A stretch of 64,000 bases of DNA from Octopus vulgaris. Taxonomy: Eukaryota. The position numbers and the translations under genes are program-made. The DNA is taken from contig OX597819.1 of the NCBI GenBank assembly GCA_951406725.2, positions 4,526,001 through 4,590,000 on the forward strand, given 5' to 3'. How positions within the stretch are numbered: the first letter of the stretch is position 1; each line of letters starts with the position of its first letter. This document shows, piece after piece, positions 14,345-25,687 of the stretch. The notes beneath the pieces are model-generated. The model was not told the origin of the DNA. It did not search any database and was given only the letters and a program-made list of their open reading frames with translations.

Positions 14345-14560
<216 letters not shown>

Positions 14561-14801
14561 CATACGTTTGCAATATATAGAAATATATTCGTACACTTAC
14601 TGTCATCAGTTCAGGGTACCAAGTATAAAAGCAAATTGGCATACATGTGCATATATGGATGTACTTACACAAATATAAGCACATTTACACTTATGCATAT
14701 CTATACCTAATTACATATGTATGTTTGTGCATGTGTGCGTGTGTGTCTGTGTGTGAGTGTGTGTGTGTGTGGTTGGGTGTTTTACATATGCTTTTACATG
14801 T

Positions 14802-15000
14802 GCGGCGAGCTGGCAGAATCGTTAGCACGCCGGGCGAAATGCTTAGCGGTATTTCGTCTGTCGTTACGTTCTGAGTTCAAATTCCGCCGAGGTCGACTTT
14901 GCCTTTCATCCTTTCGGGGTCGATAAATTAAGTACCAGTTTCGTACCGTTTGTCAGTCCTTGTTTGTCCTCTCTATGTTTAGCCCCTTGTGGGTAGTAAA
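14802..15000 (+). mobile_element. tRNA-derived SINE, family B
   Basis: gcggcgagctggcagaatcgttagcacgccgggcg...gagttcaaattcc (B box)...gtcgactttgcctttcatcctttcggggtcgataa. Confidence 0.9.
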
Positions 15001-15133
15001 GATATATATACATGTGTATGGTATGAAATATGTGTGTGTGTGTATATATATATGTATATATATATATATATATATGAATACCGCATATATATTATGTCTG
15101 TATATATGTACAGATATATAGAAATATATATGC

Positions 15134-15212
<79 letters not shown>

Positions 15213-15219
15213 TAATAAT

Positions 15220-15410
15220 AATAAGAGTAAATAATTTCTATAATGGTTTTTTAAAAAAAACCACAATTATTTACTGGTAGAATTCGGTATGTAAATATAC
15301 CCGATTAACGGTGGAGCCCCACTTGTAGAAAATAGAAATAAACAGTCTTGACTGCTATTTCTAATTTTTCGGTATGCGGTCAAGCAACTTGTTGCCTGTC
15401 ACTTTTACTT
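15220..15410. mobile_element. Fused opposite-orientation pieces of the Penelope-like pLTR
   Basis: The first half resembles 10420-10495 and the second half (ttgactgctatttctaatttttcggtatgcggt) resembles 33912-33960. Flanked by (TAA)n and (TA)n. Confidence 0.55.
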
Positions 15411-15433
15411 ATATATATATATATATATATCAT

Positions 15434-15649
15434 AAATGTTCCTTCTCGAGCCATGCAAGGCTCATAAGAGCCGGTTTCTCGTTTTCAGCGGTGTGGAAAT
15501 TCCACACCTGGATGGGACGCCGGTCCGTCGCAGGATTACTCATTTTTGCCAGCTGAGTGGACTGGAGCAACGTGAAATGAAGTGTTTTGCTCAAGAACAC
15601 AACGCATCGCCCAGTCCAGGAATCGAAACTACAACCTTATGATCATGAG
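15434..15649 (-). mobile_element. tRNA-derived SINE, family C, 5' end lost
   Basis: Reverse homolog of 35149-35402. It carries a V/Meta-like cctgcgacggaccggcgtcccatccagg block and abuts the R2-like RT. Confidence 0.8.
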
Positions 15650-18600
15650 AATTTGGTAGTGCTACCTTCATAGATCCACTCCGCGAGCGCTATAACGTGT
15701 TCGTGGAACCCAAGCCTTCGCAGTCCCGCATACACCAACGAGTGCGAGACTGTGTCGAAGGCCTTGGCGAGATCCATGAAGGCGACCTCCAGTCGCGGTA
15801 TTCCCTGCCGTGCTGGCCTCATCGCGCGACTGACCAACTGCCACAGGAGAAAAGAATTCTCGCTGCAGCCGTCAGCCCGGATAAATCCGCGTTGTGCAGG
15901 ATTCAGGGGGGTTACCAGAAGCATTCTTTTGGCGACCATTTTCGAAAACAGACGATACACCGCTGCACATATCGTCAAAGGTCGCCAATTGGTAAGATCC
16001 ATAGGATCGTCCGTCCTCTTGGCTATGAGGGAACTTTCCCGGCCGGCAACATGCAGTTACATACATTGCCCAGAATGCACGGATCCATGAACTTAGTCTC
16101 ACGAACACTAAGTCCATCTGGACCCGCCACTGAGGAGGGATTAATCTGTCTCCGACTAATTTTCACCGCCTCCACGGAGAACGGCCGCAAAATAGGACCG
16201 TTATCCACCTGGGAGGAGGCCGGATAGACGGAGAGATCCACCGCTAGACCTGGAGTGGAGAGCCTTCCCTTCCAGAAGGACTCTATAGCAGGCATAGGGA
16301 TTGGGCACCCCTGCTCGGCATCATCGCCAAGTACTACTGCAAGGAGTTTCTTCCTATCTTTATGAAACAAGTTCTGATGACGGGCATAACGAGCTAATTT
16401 AGCCCGCCGTCGAAACCTAGACCTATCGACATTCCTAACTCTACAACCCCCCCCCCCCCCGGTAGTCTCCTCCCTGCGCAGCTTATTATGCTCCGCCTAG
16501 TCCAACACGCTTTTAACAAAAGAATCCCAGGCTCCCGAAGTCGCGCCTTCCATGTGTTCCAATAGGGCCTCGGAGAAAACCGCCGACCAACGGGTATGCC
16601 CAGGACATGCAGCGTCGAGGAATCGATCTCTCCAGTCAGGACAAGGAGAAGATCTGTCCTCGACTTGTGAGTGGGAGTCGGCAGCAGACAGCCCTGGCCC
16701 TTGAAGACTCTCGCGAGTTCTTTTGACCAGAGCTGCCCTCTCGGTTCCTACCTGTTAGGCAGTTTTGCCCAGCAGGAACCGCGTTATGCTACACTGATAT
16801 GTCTAACCCCGGCTACCAATAACTCAGCCTCATTCTCGGCGAGGATCGCTACTTCCTCGTCTGACCAGCTGCCCCTGCATCTTCGGCCAGAGGCCTCGGC
16901 AGCAGCTGCTCGATTCCTAGCCAATTGCACCTTATGAGCAGCAATCCTGTGCTCATTGGCGGCAACAGGATGCTTATGGCGCACGTGCTGCGATCGATCT
17001 ACAGCCGTCAAAAAAGGACGGCTGCAGTGGTCACACTCGAAGAACGACTGAGTAGAGCCAGAGGCAGGCACACCAGATGCACCACCACACTTGCCATCGT
17101 GACACCTCAGAGAATGAAAGTCTCCGCTCTCCCGATCACACTTATGGCATTTGTAGACCGCCCCCACTCCGTGCCCACGATCTATATGTTTCCCCCAACG
17201 TCGGGGAAAAAGAAGCGCTGAGGATATAGCGGACAGGCTATGGAGCAGGACGCGCAGGGTATAGGTAAGGACAACTCGTCTCCCGCCGGAGTGGGGCTTG
17301 ATACCCCACATCCTCCTCTCGGACCGCTTCTAAAATAAGAGAGTGATTGTCATGGAGGGGGTCTTGAGCCAAGTCCGGCGGAAGCCGGGAACCCCTAACT
17401 ACCAGAGTGTGTGTCGGATAGTTCAATACGAACAAACCCTGTCTACTTCTAGTGTGTGTCAGCGTCGGGCGCAACACGCGACATCCGACGATGACGAGGT
17501 CGTTATCTATTAGACCACTAACTGTACGGCGTAGAGGAGATGGTCCATTGTCCTCCACGGGGGAAGGTTGCACATCGGCCGAGCGTGGGGAGGTCACACG
17601 CCCAACCTGACTAGTGGGCCCCGTCCCTAACCCGCGGGTCACCAGTTTTACGGCGCCTGGCTGCCGTATGTTTTTGAAATTATCATTATTCATTAAATCT
17701 ACTGAGCGGCATTTCCCATGAGCACATGGCCGAAATCATTAAGTTGAACTTAAAGGAGGTGCAGAACCCACCCCAGGAAGAGCAAGCAGCTACCGTCTAA
17801 CCATCCAGTGTACCCTCCGACCAACTGACTAACACCAGAAATGTGTGCAACGGAGGATTCCGCCTGGCAGTGCATCCACCCACCTGAGCCAGCAAGTCAT
17901 AACACATCAGACGCCAAAAGGCATCATGGTGGCGCTGAAACAGGTAGGTTATAACATACCAGACAAACCTGGTGGTACATCCACCTGCTGAAAAGACAGC
18001 AGGTCATAATGCACCGGGCCTCTACTCACTACCAACACCGGGTCATAACGTACCAGGCATTGCCAACCGGACCTGATTGCATCTACCGGTCCCTAGATAG
18101 GAACCGCCTGACATGCCAAAGAACCTCCCAAATAAGACGAAACAAAAAAGCCTAAGCTCGACCCACCCAGACAACCAAGCCCCCACCCCACCCTGTGTTG
18201 TATGATAATGATGAATCGAACCAGTAAATTGCTACAGTTCCGTTGGGAACCAACGCGACACTACACCCAAGTGAAGTCTAATTAAGCCGGGCCGGCATCT
18301 GACTAGCCGGCTCGGGACACCTAGACGGCAGACCAGCGGAAGTCTACCAACCCTAGCAGGGAGGCCCATACTTCATATACTGCATGGTCCCCACCAAATA
18401 AATTGGCACCGCTATGAAGAAGAAGGACACATTTAGTTTGTCGAGAATGAGGGAACCTATCCGGCATGGTCGAACCTATCTGGCATAGGTCCCCATACGG
18501 ACGTAAGCTCTTTCACCATGTCAAGGAAGTGTCCATAAGGGTAAAGCCTGGCAGTGCATCCACCTACCGGAAAACAGCGGGTCATAACACACCAGGCGCA

Positions 18601-18716
18601 AAAGCAGGCGTCACGATGGCGCATCCACCCACTGAGTCTGGCAGGTCATAACATACCAGACAAACCTGGTGGTGCTTCCACCTACTGAAAAAACAGCAGG
18701 TCATAACGCACCAGGC
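15646..18716 (-). mobile_element. R2-like non-LTR retrotransposon, 5' half, frameshifted and 3'-truncated
   Basis: Zinc fingers CHKC...HDGKC and CDHC...HVRHKH, Myb-like WSDEEVAILA, RT motifs AGPDG, WRPLTI, QRGF..DGCSEN, DLAKAFDTVSH. GC-rich throughout. Assigning 17300-18716 as 5' region is inferred from composition. Confidence 0.85.
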
Positions 18717-19039
18717 AGTTACTCTATCCAGATTACAAGTTCGGGTTTATACCTGTAATTATTGGAGCCCTGGGATATGTAACACACTGCCTAAATACCA
18801 ATCTTGAGAAATTAAGCTTCTCAAGACCAGAAAGGAGAAAGCTACAGATCCATCACTAGAACTGTAAAAATCTGTAAAACTTTCCAGAAGTTTATCCTTT
18901 AAATATATATGAGCATGTCTAGATATGTAACTATATGCATGAGAATACATACATGAAACATACAAATCTGCACATACATACATACATACATACATACATA
19001 CATACATACATACATACATACATACATTCATACATACAT

Positions 19040-19070
<31 letters not shown>

Positions 19071-19915
19071 TACATACATGCATACATACATACATGCATA
19101 CATACATACATACATACATACACACATACATACATACATACATACATACATACATACATACATACATACATACATACATACATACATACATACATACATA
19201 CATACATACACACATACATACATACATACATACATACATGCATACATACATACATACATACATACATACATACATACATACATACATACATACATACATA
19301 CATACATACATACATACAAACACACACACATACATACATGCATGCATACATACATACATGCATACATACATACATACATACATACATACATACATACATA
19401 CATACATAAATACATACATACATACATACATACATACATACATACATACATACATAAATACATGCATACATACATACATACATACATACAAACACACACA
19501 CATACATACATGCATGCATGCATACATACATACATACATACATACATACATACATACGTATATACATACATACATACATACATAAATACATACATACATA
19601 CATAAATACATACATACATACATACATACAAACACACACACACATACATGCATACATACATACATACATACATGCATACATGTATGTATACATACATACA
19701 TGCATACATATGTATGTATGCATGCATACATGCATGCATACATGCATGCATACATGCATGCATACATACATACATACATACATACATACATACATACATA
19801 CATACATACATACAAAAATATCCTGTTGTTGATGTTGAAATTCCAATGAAGGAGTCTTGGATCTAGGTTAGAGACCGGTTCTTTCTCTATTGACTAGAAA
19901 TCTTGAAATAAATGG
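18716..19915 (+). mobile_element. R4/Dong-like REL retrotransposon 3' end, copy 1
   Basis: Translates QLLYPDYKFGFIPVIIGALGYVTHCL, followed by (TACA)n and a terminal block gttgaaattccaatgaagg...gaaataaa shared with 20400 and 36010. Confidence 0.7.
18973..19813. repeat. (TACA)n array, about 840 bp
   Basis: Directly visible, with TGCA/CACA/TAAA variant units. Confidence 0.97.
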
Positions 19916-20014
19916 CATATATACCTACATAATCCTGCGAGCAAGCATATAAAAATCCACGGTGCGGTATAGACCATAACCACTCATAATAGGGAAAGTG
20001 AAAACTTCAATAAA

Positions 20015-20505
20015 ATGTAAATAGATCCTTCATAGTAGTTTTGGACAGAAGTCAAACTATGTACAGTAGTGGAAATCAGTTGCCCAGCCGATGTCAAAAT
20101 AAAACTAAAGATAAGCGAAGAAAGAAAATACCTACACTGAAGCGCTGAGAAGTTAACAGCTACTCTACTCGGATTACAAGTTCAAACTTATACCCATAAT
20201 TATTGGGGCACTAGGATATATAATATATAAGCAACTGCCTTAGAACCAAGCAGAAAGGTTGTTAGAAGACTTAAAATACAAACCGTCAATGGAACAACAT
20301 TGAACTGTTTGTATGACCGTATATACATGAAACGGAACATCCAGATCTGAAAATGCACTTGCTCCAAATATTTGCACAGACTCAAGCGTCATACACAAAT
20401 ACCATTTTGATGTTGAAATTCCAATGAAAGTGCTTTGAAGCAAGGTTTACAAACTAGCTCTTTATCCTTTAGCGAGAAATCTAGAAATAAAAACTAATAA
20501 CATAC
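20015..20505 (+). mobile_element. R4/Dong-like REL retrotransposon 3' end, copy 2
   Basis: Remnant peptide LCTVVEISCPADVKIKLKIS...QLLYSDYKFKLIPIIIGALGY, plus the same terminal block. Confidence 0.7.
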
Positions 20506-20695
20506 ATGTACACATATATACTTACATACATGAATACATACACACACACTCCTAATGCATGAATATACGTATTATACGCGTACCCATATACACTATAGTA
20601 ATATATATGTAACTTAAGGACTGCATGTCCTTAAGCAATTGCATGTATTACTACCTGACAACATACATATACGTGTATATATGTGTATATATATA

Positions 20696-20852
20696 GGCGT
20701 AACTGTGTTGTAAGACGCTTGCATCTCAGACACATGGTTCTGGGTATAATCCCAATGCGCAGCATCTTGAGCAAGCGTTTTCTTCTGTAGTCTCAGCTGA
20801 CCAAAGCCTTGTGAGTAAAATTGGTAGACGGAAATTGTGAGAAGCCTGTCGT

Positions 20853-20926
<74 letters not shown>

Positions 20927-21170
20927 TTATTAGTGCGTGTCTTTGTGTTTGTCTGTGTTTGTCTCCCCACCACCACCACCACCACTACTTTACAACCGTT
21001 GTTGGTATGTTTATGTCCCTGTAATTTAGAGGCTCGGCAAAAGAGGCCGATAGAATAAGTATCAGGCTTAAAAACAATACGTCCTGGGGTGAATTGTTCG
21101 AATATAACCCTTCAAGGTGGTACCCCAGCATGGCCACAGTCAAATGGTTGAAACAAGTAAAAGATAAAAA
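20696..21170 (+). mobile_element. SINE family A, diverged
   Basis: Colinear with 49055-49470. Confidence 0.85.
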
Positions 21171-21211
21171 ATATATACACACATATAAGTGCATGGAAGA
21201 TGGACGTTAAG

Positions 21212-21242
<31 letters not shown>

Positions 21243-21325
21243 ATACATATATATATATATATACACACACACACTTTATTTATATATATACACTTTATTT
21301 AAAAGCAACAGAAATATAACAAAAG

Positions 21326-21363
21326 CTGTTACTCAGAGTTTTACGTTCCCGTTCGTCGGACAG
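21326..21363 (-). ncRNA. Hammerhead motif, U4C variant, GAAA mutated to AAAA
   Basis: Minus strand reads ctgt-CCGACGA-acg(ggaa)cgt-AAAAC-tctga-GTA-acag. Homolog of 24038-24075. Confidence 0.45.
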
Positions 21364-21895
21364 TTTTGTTAAAATGGAACAGAAATTTTGTAAGGCATGG
21401 TTATTTCGCATCGCAAAGATATTGTTTATAATATTTCGACGTATATCTTAAGAAAACCTTCGACTGTTATATGTATATATTATCCTCATGTTTAAGATTT
21501 TATTTTTATTCCATTTTATTGTATTTTACAAACCCATTTAATCGTTATATTTATAGATAATTCGATATATGGTGTTCCATTTTGCGTGTCTTTTATCCGA
21601 TTTTTATTATTATACACTCAGCAATTTTTTAAAAAGTTGTTTGCATATATACGTTAGGACCTATATATGTTTTTATGTGGATGTGTGTGTTGTAGGCATG
21701 CATATGTATATGTATGTGTGCGTCTGTGTATGTGGGTAAATAAGCGTGTATGTTTATACTTTACACATACGTACATTGATGTATATGTATGCATGTATAC
21801 ACTTATATTTGTGTGGATTTGTATTTACGTGCATATTTCCATATATCTTTATACGTGATCTTATATGTGTATTTATATGCTAATATATACTTATG

Positions 21896-21926
<31 letters not shown>

Positions 21927-21999
21927 AATTTTATTTTATGTGTACGTTTGTTACACATATTCCATCATCTATCTCGCTTTTTTCTTTCTTTAAGTAAAA

Positions 22000-22325
22000 C
22001 TAGCAGTATCGCCCGGCGTTGCTCGGCTTTGTAAGGGAAATAACTATATAAGCATTTTTAGAGAGTTATAGCCAAAAAATAGCAAAAAAATGCATTAAAA
22101 AGGGAAAAAAAATTATGGTAAATTTTTTTTTTAAATCGTTGACTCATCGTAGACATTTTTAGAGAGTTACTTCCCTTATGTAATAGCGAAAAAATATGAA
22201 TCGATATGAATCACGACTATAAGATACCCGGTTTTGGTTAAACTGCACCGCAAAATGTGGGAGTAGTTAGGAATCTAAATCGTAGGAGACAGACAGACAC
22301 ACAACCTCACTTTTATATATAAAGA
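22000..22325 (-). mobile_element. Non-autonomous Helitron-type element
   Basis: Minus strand begins TC and ends CTAG, with a subterminal hairpin ccgagcaacgccgg. Sits between A and T. Second copy at 24746. Confidence 0.8.
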
Positions 22326-22522
22326 TATCCTTTCTCTCCCTGTTCGTCACTTTGAGAGCCACCTTAAACAATGCGGTCCTCTTCAACTCTCCCCTTCCCT
22401 CATTCTTTCGCTAGCTGTTACGTTCAGGCTTCTTCTTTTCTTTTTCTTTCTCCCCTCCCTACGTTTAAGATACACTTCCTATCTCTCTTGTCTGTTATAA
22501 CTAACTTGTATATGTATACACC

Positions 22523-22753
22523 AGGCGGCGAGCAGGTAGAAACGTTAGCACGCCGGGCGAAATGCGTAGCCGTATTTCGTCCGCCGTTACGTTCTGAGTT
22601 CAAACTCCGCCGAGGTTGACTTTGTCTTTCATCCTTTCGGGGTCGATTAAATAAGTACCAGTTACGCACTGGGGTCGATATAATCGTCTTAATCCGTGTG
22701 TCTGCCCTTGTTTGTCCTCTCTGTGTTTAGCCCCTTGTGGGTAGTAAAGAAAT
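22523..22753 (+). mobile_element. SINE family B
   Basis: Full head, core and tail matching 55210-55440. Confidence 0.9.
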
Positions 22754-22917
22754 ATGTATATGTATACACCAAGAGAATTTTATGGGCGTGTATGGTTGGG
22801 TGCATGTATGTATATGTGTATATGTGTATTTGTGCCTATATATCTTACATATATATGCCTGTAAATGTATGTAGCTATGTGCATGCATCTGTGTATTTTG
22901 ATGTATATATGTATATT

Positions 22918-23300
22918 GTTCTTACGATACAATGATGTTTGCAAAAGGGACATGAAGACCTGCGACATCAATATTAGCAACTGGGAAGCAGTTGCTAGCA
23001 ACCGTGGAGATTGGCGACGTACCGTAAAAGAGGGAACACAAAGGTGTGACAGAGAGAGAGAGAGAGAGAGGAGAAATGGAAAAACAAGAAAAGACGTCAA
23101 CAAGAAACTATGACACTACAACCAGCCAGGAACAGTCTTCGCTACATTTGCGGCACCTGCCAAAGGGAGTGTTTGTCCAGGATGGGACTACACAGCCACA
23201 GCAGGAGATGTATTAGGACATGAAATGTAAAAGCCGGACTAGATTATTTTATGCGCAACTCCATTGTCTCCCGAGACAAAAAGGATGCCAACAACAACAG
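22918..23300 (+). mobile_element. RTE (BovB-like) LINE 3' fragment
   Basis: LRYNDVCKRDMKTCDINISNWEAVASNRGDWRRTV, then a C-terminal finger CGTCQRECLSRMGLHSHSRRC, and a (CAA)n tail. Confidence 0.8.
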
Positions 23301-23382
23301 TGTATATTGTGGATGGTCTAGTATCGGTATATACTGCTGCAAAATATATACAGGCGTGACTGTTGTAAGACGCTTGCATCAC

Positions 23383-23750
23383 ATCATCATCATCATCGTT
23401 CGACCGTGGTCGAGACAATGGAACTTACGGTCCATCATAGCATTACGGAGGTCCTGTTGCTGGATGCCTGTATCCCTGGAGATTACATCAGGGTAGGAGA
23501 GTGTGCGCCCTCTGGTATCGCGAGCAGGTGGCTTCCAGAGGAGAAGAGTAGAAATTACCTCGCTTTCAGCTCTACAACAATATCCAGCAAACTGGACTCT
23601 TCTACCTTTCACAAGAGATGACACAGGTGGTAGTTTCCCATATATTTGTACTTTGGTTGGATGACGCTTCCACGAGAGATTTTGAGCTCTCAAAAAGGAG
23701 GCGAGTGTAAGTTCCATCCACCCGCCTCTCAAGCTTCTTTGATAATGTCC
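23383..23750 (-). mobile_element. RTE LINE 3' fragment, same family as 44480-45826
   Basis: RAQNLSWKRHPTK...RTLSYPDVISRD with a (TGA)n tail. Interrupts a family A SINE head. Confidence 0.9.
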
Positions 23751-24037
23751 AATCACACTGCGCGGCACCTTGGGCAGCATGGAAATTTTTTATTTTAATG
23801 TATTAATTTACTTATATTTTGTATATAATTATTTGCAATATGTATTTTGAATCTACTCTTCGATTTAAGGTTTTCTTCGATTTTGCAATAGGATGAATTT
23901 ATATTGAATTCATTTATTTTGTTCATTGCATGCTTAAGACCGTTAACTGAAACAACCAATGAAACAAATCCATTTTTAAAGGTGTATCCTTTAACTAATT
24001 TTGATTATATCGTTAATTCTGTTCCCTTTTGACATAA

Positions 24038-24075
24038 CTGTCCGACGAGCGGGAACGTGAAACTCTGAGTAACAG
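24038..24075 (+). ncRNA. Minimal type I hammerhead, U4C variant
   Basis: ctgt-CCGACGA-gcg(ggaa)cgt-GAAACTC-t-GAGTA-acag. All three stems pair. Confidence 0.6.
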
Positions 24076-24185
24076 CTTTTGATATATTTCTGCTGCTTTT
24101 AAATAAAGCACATTACTCTACCTCTAGTATCTGAGTACTCTTTTTTCCACCTTGTTTATGTACTACATTTATGTACTTACTCCGC

Positions 24186-24223
<38 letters not shown>

Positions 24224-24745
24224 AAAATTTAGATTCAGATGAATTAAGTACTTAAGTTGAGGCACCAGAATTTAATACGGTATTATCCATACAATTTCAA
24301 AATAAGGTGATTTATATATGTGTGTATATACATGTGTGCATATGTATGTATATATATCTGGGAATGTACGTTGGCGTGGTTATATGAAGATATGTTTCCA
24401 CCTTGCTCTCCAAGCCTATAATGAAACTAATATATGATGCCCCGAAAACTTCCTTCAAGAAGGCTACTTCACAATTTATTACAACCATCAATCCTTAACC
24501 ATGTCCTTTCAATAATTTCTTTGTACTATTTCTAAGCCCTATCTCATTAATTAACCTTTCTATTAAGAATTGAATAACATTGTGCTAATTGTTATCTTCT
24601 TACTTAAATCTAATTCTGCTCATTTAAACTATTTTCTCTATTCTTTCTTTCATCGAATATAATAAGACTAAACCCAACGAAGGACCCTAAATTTTACAGG
24701 TTAAACTTCAAGTCATTGCTAAAAGAAAATTAGAAATATATTTTA

Positions 24746-25046
24746 CTAGCAGTATCGCCCGGCGTTGCTCGGGTTTGTAAGGGAAATAACTATATAAGCA
24801 TTTTTAGAGAGTTATAGCCAAAAAATAGCAAAAAAATTCATTAAAAATGGAAAAAAAAATTATGGTAATTTTTTTTTTTAATCGTAGACTCATCGTAGAC
24901 GCGCGCTAATACCCAGAAGGGATCGATATGAATCACGACTATAAGATACCCGGTTTTGGTTAAACTGCACCGCAAAATGTGGGAGTAGTTAGGAATCTAA
25001 ATCGTAGAAGACAGACAGCACACAACCTCTCTTTTATATATAAAGA
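24746..25046 (-). mobile_element. Non-autonomous Helitron-type element
   Basis: Near-identical to 22000-22325, with TC...CTAG ends and hairpin cccgagcaacgccggg. Confidence 0.8.
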
Positions 25047-25300
25047 TTACACATGTAGTGAGTCCTTTGTTCAGTTAATGCTTGCGTTCTTATAAAAACA
25101 CTAATTTCGATTAGATATACATATCTGTGTGTGTGTGTGTGTGTGGTGTTCAATATTTTTATTCTCGAGTTTCGCCTATGTATGTATCATAGAGTCATTT
25201 CTGTTCTACACCTTATCCACTCACGCACGCACACACGTACACACATGAGTATGGGGGAGTGTGAGGGCGGATCTGCATTCATTTGAAAGTTGCCTTAACT

Positions 25301-25687
25301 CATATGGAAGCACTCCGTCGGTTACGACGTTGAGGGTTCCGGTTGATCCGAATCAACGGAACAGCCTGCTCGTGAAATTAACGTGTAAGTGGCTGAGCAC
25401 TCCACAGACACGTGTACCCCTAACGTAGTTCTCGGGGATATTCAGCGTGACACAGAGAGTGACAAGGCCGGCCCTTTGAAATACAGGTACAACAGAAACA
25501 GGAAGTAAGAGTGAGAGAAAGTTGTAGTGAAAGAGTACAGCAGGCATCACCACCATCCTCTGCCGGAGCCTCGTGGAGCTATAGGTGTTTTCGCTCAATA
25601 AACACTCACAACGCCCGGTCTGGGAATCGAAACCGCGATCCTACGACCGCGAGTCCGCTGCCCTAACCACTGGGCCATTGCGCCTCC
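25301..25687 (-). mobile_element. tRNA-derived SINE, family D, full length with TSD
   Basis: Head ggaggcgcaatggcccagtggttagggcagcggactcgcggtcgtaggatcgcggtttcgattccc. TSD tgccttaact at 25291-25300 and 25688-25697. Confidence 0.9.

Noticed and set aside
17863-18716. SECIS or K-turn reading of the AUGA hairpins
   Set aside because: The upper helix is too short, there is no apical AA, and the GA register does not fit.
18759-19866. Long ORFs (up to 350 aa) of MYVC/HTYI repeats, also at 35273-36130 and 61608-61970
   Set aside because: These are translations of (TACA)n and (TA)n microsatellites that lack stops.
25610-25687. tRNA-like sequence
   Set aside because: It is the head of a SINE with a TSD and has no complete acceptor stem.
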